64,000 nt of DNA from Pelomyxa schiedti (Eukaryota; Protista; Evosea), in NCBI GenBank assembly GCA_020536535.1, contig JAHLWZ010000847.1, positions 1-64,000 of the forward strand. Reading direction: 5' to 3'. The translations under genes and the position numbers were made by a program. Below the pieces are notes generated by a model that had not been told where the DNA came from, did not search any database, and saw only the letters and a list, made by a program, of their open reading frames with translations. Of the stretch, positions 12,194 to 24,300 are shown in pieces. Numbering within the stretch: position 1 is the stretch's first letter; each line of letters begins with the position of its first letter.

Positions 12194-12393
12194 CCCAAGA
12201 GAGACCCCTTTGAGTTCTAGCACTGGGGATATCTGATGGATGGGTGCATCCTGCAGGCGAAAAGGGGGAGAGCCCAACACATCAGTGCCGCCGCTGCAGA
12301 TCGAGCACACGACACGAAAGGTGGATGTGATGAGCCCAAGGGGAGCCCGCAGCATGCACCGCCATCAGCCCACGCTATGGGGGTCCTCAAGGG
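12194..12393 (-). ncRNA. Candidate structured ncRNA, copy 2
   Basis: Same fold as copy 1. It differs by one substitution and about three 1-nt indels. Confidence 0.58.
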
Positions 12394-13795
12394 AAAAAGC
12401 ACCTATTGGGAAAAAATGAATATGTTTAAAACGGGAATGAAATGCCCCAATAGTATTCGAGCTTCGCGAAAGGTCGGAAATTTGTATCTCATGGAACAGT
12501 TAGTAAAACTGTATGAAGGAATTTGGATATACTGCCGCCAATATAGAGATATATATTGTGGCAAGTCCTCATTCCGAGACGAGTGCCCAAGATCTGCGTA
12601 AATTATCGTAGGTAGTCCCATATAGCCCGTTGCTGCATTGCGGGGAAGAGAGTGTACGCGGCGGACAGCCCAGTCCTCGCCACCACCCTCAAAGACGACC
12701 ACTGCCCTTGCTCCCCAAAGCAAAGTGACTGAGTAGTCTCCAAGTCAGTGCCAGTGCCAGTACCACTGCGGGAGTGAGTGCATGCATTGCATTGCCGGGG
12801 AGTTTGGGTTTTTTGGCGGTGGACAGAACTGTCCCACCGCCCTCCCCCGAGTCTCTGCTTCCTTCCGCGAGGTGTTCACGTGCGACATTGTAACTTCGAA
12901 GGACCTGGAAAATAGTTACGCAGCACGAAGGTTGGTGTGATTTCGACGAGGAGTTTGTGTTTGCGTTACGGGTTGGGTTTGCATTGGGTTTGTGTTGCGT
13001 ACCGGGTTGTTTGCGACGCATGTCAGCCGGGGCGATTAATTTGTAAAAAAATGAAAGAAGTGGATCTGCCCTTTAAAAGCATTATTACAATTATAATTTT
13101 GGAAAGCAATTGCGCAATTGTTAAGACTTTGAGATCTCAATGAAGTGTTTCCTATTTATCTATTTTAGCGTAAGATGTCACATTGAAAAAAAAACGGCAT
13201 GTTGTCTTCCACGGGATTGGTTGGGGTGTTGTGTTGTTTGCCACAATCCGTTTTTATACAATCATACTGTCGGTGTCTGCGATGTATTGCGTTGTGTGCA
13301 ACTTGCAACACTGACTGAAGATCCGATCTTGTGGTCGTGGCCGGCGTATGTGCGGATAATCCAAAATTCTCGCCGAACGGAACGGAACAGGACGTGCGAC
13401 CAACAAACTTGTGCTTTTCTCGTGTGTCATCGAATCGTGTTGTGTGCACTACAAGAGGTGGAGGAGGATAATATTATCACGGTGGCTATTGGGTGGGACT
13501 GGGCAATCATTACGTAACGACTGTGCGGTTTGTTCCGTTGCACTCCTCAAAGAGGGACCAACAATCTGGTCTTCGTCGAAATCAAGTTCTCTTGATGCTG
13601 GGGTGTTTAGTTGATGTGTACCCATCGCTGGTATCCTGGGGTGCCCCCAATTTTTGGCTTCGAAGGGGCATTTCCAGGGGTACATCATAAGTATGACGGT
13701 GATCACAAGCTGTTCCGCGACTGCTCACACACTTTTCCAGCAACTGTCGGTCTTCAAGAAACGACCACGAAATCGTTCCATTCTTCGAATTATTG

Positions 13796-15644
13796 ATGGC
13801 GTTCAAAAGTGCAGCGCTTGTGGCTCTTTTTGTTGGCTGCCTTGTCATAGGGAAGACTGAGGGGTATTGGTGTGCTGAAAACTCGTGGGCAGTTTCCGCC
13901 GTGACAGCGTTGGCTGCCACTAAGACAACCGTTTTCTCTGGGCTCACTTACGAGTCGGAATTCGACGACGCTTTCGAACTGCTGTGGAAGCACCTGAAGG
14001 CTTTCTCCAATGGTATTAAAACTTTGTTTGCTTGTTGTTTGTTTTCCCTTCGGACAACAAAAGGATAAAGGCTCCTTGGCAGTTGCACTCACGCCTTTTT
14101 TTTTTTTTTTTTTTTGTCTAGGGTATTCTGGAGTGATATATGTTGGGCAGGAGACGGGAGAATGGTACGGCATTGCTGATTGTTACACTCAATCAACCCT
14201 CCTTGGGTTTCAAGGCTAGTATGGCCCTATTTCGTATCATCTTCTCAATTTCCTCACCTCTTTTCAAGTGGATGCGACTTGATTTCCGATTCGTACAGCT
14301 ATGTTGCCTTTGCTGTGAACGAGGCTGTCTTTGGCGACTCTCATGTCCACTTCTTCGAAACGGATGATGGATCCTACCTGTGGGAAGAGGGTGAATCGAC
14401 CACAGACTATGACCCAACCTCTCGCCCATGGTTTGGACCCAATGTCTCCCTTCTTTGCAGGGTTTTACACCACAAAGGTGGATTACTGGCTGGACTGACT
14501 CGTACGACGATGCTTTATCCAACCAGACATGCAAAACTTATGCTCTTGACATTCCCGGTGGCAAAGTACATCTAATAATAGGCAAATGAAATCTAAGTTC
14601 TGCCACAGGTTGCAGCTGATGCTGTCTCAATAGAGCAATGCCCTGTTGACAATGATTTCGCAGACTGTGACTATAAAATGTTGTGCTCAAAATTAATTTT
14701 CTTTTTTAATGGAATAACAGGGATGAGGATCAACCTGATGAATGTGATCCCTTGTGGTGTTTCGCAGGTAATGATGCGCCAGCAGCGTACTATACTGCTG
14801 TAAATTTGGGTGTACCCTCAGTGGATGAAATTTCTACCGAGGAGGAACTTCACACTCTTGTTTCACTACTGCGTTCTGCACTTGTTATTAACGCTGGTGG
14901 CCCAGTGTCTTCCATGTAATAACTCCCTGAGTGCTACTTTTTATTGATACTATTACCCAGTTACACAGCATTCACTACAAATCAAGATTATGTTGCTGTT
15001 TGCACCTGCGAATCTTGGATCTTTGGGGATACTGATAAATGTGACGACACAAATTGGATACTCAAACTCAGAGTTTTTATCCTGCCACTATTTCTACCCC
15101 CTCTTAGTTTCTTCTCCAGAGTGAAAACCTATTGGATGATGAGAAGGTTCACTTATTCCCAGTGGATGATTCCGGCGATTTTGACCTTACAGATGAGATG
15201 GAAGTGAGGAACCCTTTTTTTTCACCCCTTCAAACTCGGCTTAACCTCTTGCATTTTTCTTCCTGGCTCTTTTTTGGTAGAGCTATGCCTACACCTATGA
15301 TCCGACTATTCGGCCTTGGTACTTGCAGGCCACTGCCCGTCATGGTAACTGTTATTTTCGAATGTGTACCTACACACTCACTGTACTTCAGAGGAGGGAT
15401 GGGCACCAATTTACACCTACGCAAGCTATGATGTCCAAGGACTCACCTTTACTGGCAACTATGATTCCTCAGGTTTGGGGATGAATTCACACTACACCTC
15501 CCACAAAAACAACCTGAATTCCTAACCAAACCCACACCAGATGTTGTCATAGCAGTTGATTCGTTCTCCATCTGTTCCGGTGTCAGTCTCTCAGTCACTG
15601 GCCTCCTTCTTCTCGCCGCAGTTCTCTGCGTTCTTTTCCTTTAA
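13796..15644 (+). CDS. Secreted or surface-anchored protein with two Cache-type ligand-binding motifs and a hydrophobic C-terminus (GPI-signal-like)
   Basis: Signal peptide MAFKSAALVALFVGCLVIG; YDPTSRPWF..GWTDSY..VAAD and YDPTIRPWY..GWAPIY..VIAVD; ends LLLLAAVLCVLFL*. Confidence 0.7.
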
Positions 15645-15754
15645 CTGATCCAACACACAGTACCATACCCATTTTTCTTCCTTTCGTCTTTCATTTCGCT
15701 GTAAAGTTGAACGAAACGGGAAAAACCAAACAAAAAAAAAAAAAAAACCGAAAG

Positions 15755-17226
15755 ATGCAGGGGTTGGGAAGGAGGCGCGCGCATGCGTTTTACGACGGAA
15801 GAATGAGGCGGGACTTCCAGCGGTACCCCAACGTAGAGGACTCGGCCCGCGGGGTCAAGTCGGTGCGCGAGCGGCTGCGCGACCTGCTGGCGCAGGCCAA
15901 CATCGCGCCCAACGGGGGCTGGGCGCTGGACATCGCCCTGCGGCCCGTCGGGGTGGCCCACGACCCGGTGGGGCAGGGGGCCGTGTCCGTCGACCCCTCG
16001 CTGCCCCTGCTGCGGACCCTGGCCCTGCTGGGGTGCTGCCCCGCGGGCGCCGCGAGGCGCAGCCCCGGCAGGGGCGTGGTGACCCCGGACGTCCTCGTGG
16101 TAGTCGCCGAGTACTTGCTGTGCTGCTGCGAGGACTTCGAGCCGTACCACGGGATTTCTCCCTTTCTGAAAAAGGTACTGGAGCCTGTGCCCATTACTTA
16201 TGAGTGTCATTCCTCTTAGTGTGTGGGTGTAATGGCTGACACGTAATTATATCTGGTATACAGCTGGGGGTTCCAGTCTGCCACTACTGCAAAGAAAGCA
16301 TGGAGGGACACTTGCTGTCACGAAACCGTGAGAGAGCCATCTACATTCTCCGCACACAGTGGCGGACCCTGAGCGACCCGCTGCCGCTCTCCTGGGAACA
16401 CATGATCCTCCTCGCCACCACACAGGACGACGAGGAGCACTGCTTCCAGGCCCTGCAGGACTCCGTGCACGTGGCATCCACCAAGCCCCCGAAGCAGTGG
16501 TGGAAGGCCGCGGCCGGCCACTTCGCCAACCTCCAGGGCACCCCGCACAACCACTGGGGCGACGAGCGCGACCACCGCACCCTCGTGACCTGGGCCCTGT
16601 ACCACGCCTCGGCCACCGGCAAGCTCGCGGCGCTCGCGGGGCTCATCAGGGGCCTGGCCACAATCGACGAGGTGGAGCCGCGCGTGTGGGCGACGGCCGC
16701 GGGGGGCCTGCTGGAGCTCAACTCGGCCGAGGCGTGGCGCTCGCTGCTGCGGGTGCGCCCCGGCCTGCTCACGGCCGGGCGGGCCCCGCTGCTCCTGTGC
16801 GCCGCGGCCGCCGCGCCCCCGGGGGTGCTGCGGGTCCTGCTGCAGGCGGCGCCGACGCCCCCGCGGCTGCTGCTCACGGACCTGAGCTACTTTGGGGCTG
16901 GGCCCAGCCGCAGGGGCGGGGCAATGCACGTGCTGTGCTGCGGCGGGCAGCAGAGACTGATCAAGAAGTGCAGGATCCTGGCGGAGGCGGGCCTCGACCC
17001 GCACGCACTGACGGACCGGGGCGAGAACCTGCTGCACTGCCTCTTGCAGAACCTCACGGCCAGGCACCCAGACCCCGCGGGTGTGCGGGAGTTCGCCGAG
17101 TGGCTCATTTCCACTCACGGCCTGGATATGCGGGCTCCAGACGCCTCGGGCCGGCCTGCTTGGAGGGTCGAACAGCCCGACTTTCCAGAGGAGCACCGTG
17201 CTTGGGTTCAGACTTTCCAGTCTTGA
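15755..17226 (+). CDS. GC-rich hypothetical protein with C-terminal ankyrin-like repeats
   Basis: Two long GC-rich exons containing GGAMHVLCC..LAEAGLDPHALTDRGENLLHCLL..WLISTHGLDMRAPDASGRPAW. Confidence 0.65.
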
Positions 17227-17339
17227 CCATGTAATAATGTGTGTTTGAAAAAGACCAAAACAGGAATAGCAAAGAAAGCAAGTTGGATAGAAGCAACCGG
17301 AGTTTTGTTTTAAGTATCGAGGAAATTTATTTGGTTTGT

Positions 17340-18473
17340 TTAGGCAAAGAGGTCGAAAGCGCCACCAAGGTCCTGGGAGGACAGAGTGAGAACATATTAC
17401 AAATACCGGAGAAAACAGAGGGACGCGTACCACTTCTTCCTCGGCCGGTTTTTCGGGTTCCGCTGGCGTTTCGGGCTCAGGCTCCGGTTCATCGACTTTG
17501 GTGGGTTTGCCTTTCTTTGGCTCGACGGGTGTGCTTACGGCGACTGGTGCTGCTGTGGCGGCTGTCTTCATTCGCTCGGCGGCAGGGAAGTTGTATGCGG
17601 TCGAGAGTGTGAGGCTGATCAAGTTCTGGAAACCGGTGTTGAGTACGTGGGGTACGGCGGTGACGGTGGGATATCGTAGTGCCAAGCTGACTGCTGCCAT
17701 CGCCTGAATGCCTTTTCTGAGTTTATTGACAATGAATTCCGCGTCGTTCATCATGTCGATCATGTCGTGGTCGAAGACGAATCCTCCCTCGTAGACTGCC
17801 TTGATAAGAAGTCCGTATGAGAATGGTCGGATGTTGAGCTTGGCGAGAAGTGCGGCTTCACTGGGCCCGACTTTGTCTCCCTTCTTCAAAAGGGTGACAT
17901 CGCTGATGATTTCGACCTGTCCCTTGTTGATCTTGGATGCGATGTTCAGTGCTTGCAAGAAGCTGGTCTGGGTTGGCTCAAGTCCCGTATTACCAGCTGG
18001 AATAACGACCTCATTGGGGGCAAGGCTGCCGGCCTTGGCGGGGGCATCGACCTTGATCGACTGGAGCTTATCCCTGAGCTTTTTGGTGTTAGTTGGTCAC
18101 GACGTCGTTCAGTAAGTACTAAACCGTACCTGGACAAGATCGCCGTTGGTGAACACGAACCCAATCTCGCCCTTGATGTGAGACAGAAGGGGCTCAAGTT
18201 CGGGGGTCTTTTTGACGTGATCGCGAACGATCTTGCGAATGAGTGTGTTCTTTCCCATAAGAATAACTCCCTCGTTGCGGATGGACTGGCGGATCTTTTG
18301 CATCTGAGCGCTGCCCACATTTGCTGAGGTCACGAGCATAATGCGGGGGTACTTATCAAGGAGATCGCCGAGGATCTAAACAACAAGTTCCAAACGGTAC
18401 TCCTTGAGAAGGGAAAGCTTACCTCGATGTAGGCGGCCTTCTTCTTCTTCTTGTCTACAACCTTGACTGGCAT
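17340..18473 (-). CDS. RPLP0: 60S acidic ribosomal protein P0 (uL10), three introns
   Basis: NVGSAQMQKIRQSIR, ILMGKNTLIRK, GFVFTNGDL, PAGNTGLEPTQTSFLQALNIASKINKGQVEI, KVGPSEAALLAKLNIRPFSYGL; ends EEEVDLGGAFDLFA*. Confidence 0.96.
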
Positions 18474-19054
18474 TGCTTATGTTTATAATGCTGACTGTGG
18501 ATAGCCGAGCGGTGTTGGATTACTAGTAGTAACGAAAATGACAACGCGCAGTGCGCTTGTACCCTAGAGGGGGAAAAAAAACAAATCAAAAACTGCGCAA
18601 GAAAAAAAAAATAGTCGGCGCGGGGCAGTTGGTCCAGAAACTACAGCGAAACCACGAGGCGACGGTGTGGGGTTTGTTTGCGATTGTGTTGGCGATGTGA
18701 CGTGGATTGCGTCGGGTCGTTTCCGAACCTTACGATGCGTAGCAGGCAGTAAAACTCAAAAAAGCACGAAAGGGAAAAAAAAAACCACCAGATCGGGTGT
18801 TTTCTGACCCCGGGCCTGAAAATCCAACTGCGTTTGGGCGTCAATTAGTTCAGCAATTGTCTCACAGATTAGCTTTTTGGAATGTATCAGCCCCAGCCCC
18901 TCAGAGAGCCGTCGTCCGCGAGGATGGTTAATAGAAACGCATTGCCCCCAGTCAAACCGGTTCCTCATTTTGCAGATAATTCGATTCTTTTCGAAACGTC
19001 ATCTTGTTCGGCTTATCCACAACTTCAAGTAAAGATCTTTTTAATCATCAATCG

Positions 19055-21090
19055 ATGCGGCGGGTACTTGTGCTCTCGATCTTGGCAATTGGCTTGGTAT
19101 CTTGCCAGTGGTTTAGGTGACCCCTCTTTTGGTCTTTGCATGCTCTTTTTTTCCCCCTTAAAGCCAACAGTTGTCCCGGTGTCGAAGTTCGAAACCCGTT
19201 GTTGAAGCTGTTCCTTGCTGCAGGAGCTTCGAAAGTGGTTACCGCTCTCTTTTGTTTTTTTTGTTCTCTTTGTTTTGTTTTTTTAACGTTTACTCTTTGC
19301 TACAGTGGGACATTATGTGTTTGAATGTAACAGCTCCACTGGATTACGCAAATCCGAGCGCTGGCGAGATTGCTTTGTTCGTCACCAAGCTCACAAACAA
19401 CAGTCAACCCAAATTCGTTAACCAATTGTGGATGATTTCTGGTGGCCCCGGGGAACCTGGTGAGGCACTTCTCAATTCAATGCTAAACTGGGACTTGATG
19501 GATACTCTGGATGGCACCTTTGAGCTTATTTTCCCTGACCACAGAGGCACTGGGTTTTTTATTTCCCTTTCTCTGGTTACACCTTTCTTACTCGTGCAGA
19601 TATTCCACACCACTTTATTGCCCAAATCCGGATCTGATGCATGCAGCAGAGTGCACTCAATACCTGAATGAGGTAATGGGAGCTAGTCTGCAACAATTCA
19701 CCATAAGCAATGCTGCACATGACATCAACTTCTTGATGAAACTAAATGCTTTCTCTGGCGTACAGCAGCACCTCTATGGAATTTCTTATGGTGTGGAATA
19801 ACTGGTCTTACAACACTCACTTTTTTTCGTGCAGGGACTCTGTTGCTGCAACGTTACCTTCAGATCTTTAACAGTAGTGAAGACAGACCCCTAAGTGTAA
19901 CACTGGATGGAATTGTCTCGCCTATTCACACAGAACTCATCACCTATGACCTTCAGTCCAACAATGTTGGGCGAGTACTGATGGCCAGGTGTGATTCAGA
20001 TACTTTCTGCAGTTCCGCGTTTGATGGAACCTGTGCATATCAGCTAATGCAAGAGATATTCGATGCACTGTCTGCAGGAGAAGCTACCTGTTTGGATAAA
20101 CTCGATCAACCTCTTCCTCCACCTTATTCTGAAAACCAACGTGCAGTATGCTGGAACTACCGACCCCACACCATGTAACTGTGCATAGGGTCTCGAAATG
20201 CTATTTAGCCTTCTTCTAGAGAATGACGTCGCTCGCGTGTTTGTACCTGTCATAGTTTTTAGACTGAATCGCTGCAACGAGGATGATATCGCAGCCTTGA
20301 ATTATCTGATGAAGTCCAGTAAGGTTTTTCTCCGTTCAAACTTTGCCTCATGATGAATCAGCAAGTGCTCACTTGACTGCACGTGATACACCACTAATCC
20401 CAGCTGACAACCTTCTATTGTGTATCAACATCGTGGCAAGTGAAATGCTCTCGTTTGGTACTCCAGCTGATGTAAAAACTCTCACCGAACAAAGTATGAG
20501 CTTCTACTTTGCCACTTTTGCCCCAGAGCAGGTGAACCTCTAATATTGTTTGGTTATTTAACCAAACAAAAGATGAGAATTTGGTACGAGTATTGGACTA
20601 GGTACCCTCTTGACGAGTACGCACAAAAATTGCCTAATGTGGGTCAGTACGAAATATTTGCTGCCTAAAAACCAGGTCTAGGTTGATGGCTTACCTCTCC
20701 TCATGCTAAACGGCAATCTTGACCCAGCAACACCGCTGTTCTGGTCAACAGATTTGTGGATGCACTATTACTCTTCTTCCCCAAAAGCAAAGGTACCTCC
20801 CTGAGCCAGAGGACGTTTTCTAATTGATTTCACCCCCACCAACAACCAACCAGTTCGTGCTGCTCGATATGGCATGTCACGGGTCTCTGGTGTACTCACC
20901 AGTAACAAACAGTGCCACCCCATGCGGGATGCAGGTTCTATCCAGCTGGTTACTTGGAGGATACAAAACAAGCACAGTCGACGATACTTGTCTCTCTTAC
21001 CTAGCACCCATTGACTGGGAAGGAACAAACGCCAACACAATGGACGAGAGCATGTCATTATTTGGTACAACAGACATGTGGCAGTTCTAA
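19055..21090 (+). CDS. Secreted alpha/beta hydrolase (TAP-like, peptidase S33-like), multi-exon
   Basis: Signal peptide MRRVLVLSILAIG; APLDYANP, SGGPGEPG, PDHRGTG, LYGISYGT nucleophile elbow, LDG, LNGNLDPATP and a late His. Confidence 0.82.
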
Positions 21091-21109
21091 AACAGTTGGA
21101 ATGAAAACC

Positions 21110-21185
21110 ATTTGGCTGAATAAAATAATCAACAGACCGGTACGCTGTCATTTTCGTTATCGTAGCTCAGGATCGGCGGTCTGGT
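21110..21185 (+). other. Dispersed conserved non-coding element, copy 2
   Basis: 46/48 nt identical to 2350-2397. CAGACCG..CGGTCTG stem. Contains AATAAA about 30 nt after the hydrolase stop. Confidence 0.6.
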
Positions 21186-21380
21186 GTTTGTTGTATTCCG
21201 CCAGTACTTTAGAATCTTTCTTTTTCCACAAACCCTTCCTCCCCTCTGCCCAGAATTCACCACCCCAGTGAGTGACTCTGCCTGATGTTCTCACTGGAAA
21301 CAAACTTTTCTTTTGGAACGGTCAGATTGGTGGTACCGACTTTTTACGTAGTTGGGGGCGTGCGGTTGGACAACCAAATA

Positions 21381-24300
21381 ATGCAACCTCACCGTACACA
21401 CACAGGCCAGCAGCACCACAAACGGTGCCGCCACGCAGAACAGCACGCGCCCGCTTCGCGTCTTGGCAGCGAGGACCCCACTACACAGCACTACCACAAC
21501 CAACAAACGCCATTCATTGCAGCGTCGCCATCTGCCGCGGCGACCGGCCTCGGCAGTACCACCAGCACTGCCGCCGCCGCCACCACCACCTCCTCCTCTA
21601 GTGCATCTGCTGCCGCAGCGGCAGCGAGAGCGCCGGCATGCACACCGCCAGACTCCCCGCACCGCGGCGGGCACCAGCACGACCAGCGGCACCTCGACCT
21701 GCACTTCCACCGCCGCCATCACCACCACGACCACAGGCACCGCAGCGGCGGCGGCGGTAGCCACCTCGTTGGTTGCGGCTGGCACCACCACAGCCACCAC
21801 CCCGGCGCGCCGCCCCGTCCTGGTGGCGGTCTCCACCTCTCGGTCCACCAGCAGCAGTTATTGCGCGACGGCGCGGCAACAACCACTACGACTAATACCA
21901 CCACGAGCAGCATAGGCAACAGTAGCAGTGGAATTAGACGTAGTGGCGATGGAGGAGGCGGCGGCGGTGGTGGTGCCGGCGGTGGCCACGTGCACGTGCA
22001 CAGGGGCGCGGGAAGGGATTGTTATGTGCATAGAAGTGGGCACCCTGGCGGCGGAGGGGGCGGAAGCAAAAGTGACTCAACTGCGAGTGCTGCTTCCTGC
22101 AGCAGAATTGCGAAGTGTGGCTGTCCTAATTGCACTAGTAATGGCAATCGAAATAGCGACGATGGAAGCAGCCAGCCTTATGAACGTGGATTACCCGTCC
22201 TCATTGAGAGTAACGGTTCGTTGTTGCAACAGGAGCAGCGGCAGCAACAACAATGGAAACTTGCACAATCCAAACAAGTGGAGGAGAATAAACGGCACTG
22301 TCACCATCACAGGCACTATAGAGTGTATCACCGCAATTGCCATAAGAATCTGCTTCCTCTGGTAGGGAACCATCATGCCAGTGGCAATTTGCATATTGAA
22401 GAGGGTAGGTACAATCATATGCGTCTAACGCCTAAAACTGAACAGTAATTAATAAGCCTGTAAGTACAGTAAGGCACAAACTCATTACCCCTTCGCAGCG
22501 GCTTTGCCAACAAATCCCACTAATGAGAGTGACGTTAATCCCAGCAGAGGGGTCATTTCTCTCCTGGCACCTAGTAGAACGGTGGAGCCCAATCTGGGAT
22601 CGGCTGCAGCGAACCCCCAGCCACTGCCTGTAACAATAGGTTTACACCTAATCCGGCACAATGACTCTAACGGTTTCACTCATCAGAACCTTCTGACTTC
22701 CTACAAAAAGGGATTGAAATTTTTCCTTTCTTTACCAAAGAGCAGTTTCTTGAGGTATTCTATTTTTTATTTAGTCTATCAGTAGTCATATGTTCTCTTA
22801 GATGTACACTAAACACGGCAATAACTTTGATGTTTGCCTCAATAAAATTTTGGATGAAGTCCCTGTACTGAACGACAGAACTAGCCCTACAACTGAAGCC
22901 CAGAATACTCCCTCTTCGGCAGCTTCTACTCTTGACCATGGTGCAATTTCCAATGCCCAAGTCACAAAGCCTGACCTAGATGCGTGCTATGAAGAATTCT
23001 CTCACCAGGATACTGAAAACCTCAATACGGAGACACCAATTGTAGATGAACGTCCAGAGTCTGAGATGGAAAGAGGAGAGGGGGCAACAATTGGTGGTGA
23101 AGATGACACACTCTTCAATGAGGCTGTGGTGACTGACGTCAAAATGACACTGCCAAACAGTCCTCAAGAACAACTTCCCAGTCAACAGGAAGCTTCAACT
23201 TTGTCAAGTGACACACAAGCACCCTCCACTACCTGCCTCCCACAATCTACAGCGACAGAAAAACTTCCATTGGATACTATTTCTTATCAACTTCAGGTCC
23301 CAAATGGGCTCCCATTGCCAGCACCATCTCCAATGTTCTCCCAGCCTCATGTTCCAATTTCTTTTCCAACTCCTTCGCCTTTGCCGCCTCCTTCACAGTT
23401 AACTCCAGGTCAATACAGACCATTTTACACTTCTGCCCCATTTATAGTATCACCTCACTTTCCCCCACAGCATTTATCTCCGTACACATCGTCAGTCATT
23501 CCAAATCCTTTCTTGATGCCCTCGCCACAGGTAATTCACCCAACGGGACCGTTGCTCCCACACCCACATTTGCAGCCAGTCTCCCAACCTCCCCTGTGTA
23601 CCAACCAGTCATTCTTCTCTCCACAACAACCCAGTGTTATTTCTCCACAATCTTCCAGCTTGCCCATGCCCACATGGTATCCTCCACCATCAAACCCAAT
23701 AACGGTAAGCACCACAATTAGCCCTGTAGAGAAACGACCACAATTTAAACTTCCAGTCATCTGTGCTGCCACAGGTGAGCAGTCAGTCAACCCGACTCCG
23801 TCTGCAACAGCTGAAGCAAGCTCTGTACTTCACTCCAAACCTAGTGTCAGATCGGTATTACAGGAACGAAGTGTCATCCAAGAACTACTAACTGAAAAGC
23901 AAGCACTTGAAGTTCAGATCCTAAAAAACAGAAAACAAATTGAGATATACGAGGTGAGTGTCCTTCACACGTCACCAACCAACCACATGCAGTATAGGCA
24001 AAGAGAACAACAAGAAGCACTGGACCAAGCAAATAAAAATCTTTCCTCATTAGGGGAGGTTGTGGATATGCAGCCCCAGATAGAGGAGCTTTCTGCAATT
24101 GCCGACGAATTGGAGAAAACACTCGCAATGCAAGTCTCTTTTTGCTGTGGTGTTTCTCCAACAATCACAACACAGATCAAAGCAAGAAAGAGCACCCTTA
24201 ATAGATGCATTAAGACAGTTGTCTGAAAGTATCGTCAAGGTTTCTCTGTACTCTTTTTCCCTTACCAATTGAGTTGTATTTATTCCCACAAGACAACAGT

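Larger units (their letters stand above)
11783..12537. repeat. Tandem duplication of an approximately 385-bp unit (11783-12154 and 12169-12537)
   Basis: The copies are near-identical apart from a 40-46 nt unrelated spacer. Single-base indels break any shared reading frame. Confidence 0.93.

Noticed and set aside
11626-12601. Several overlapping ORFs in the tandem duplication
   Set aside because: Single-base indels between the copies shift every frame, and there is no protein-like conservation.
12600-13750. Short ORFs between the duplication and the Cache-like gene
   Set aside because: No recognisable motif or coherent exon chain. It could be a decayed gene but cannot be supported.
16318-17958. 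546-aa ORF suggesting P0 fused to a long extension
   Set aside because: Artefact of reading through P0's last intron into the GC-rich antisense strand of the ankyrin-like gene. Spliced P0 stops at 17340.
21291-22365. Multiple long overlapping ORFs on both strands (also 26178-27251)
   Set aside because: Shadow ORFs of GC-rich trinucleotide low-complexity coding sequence.
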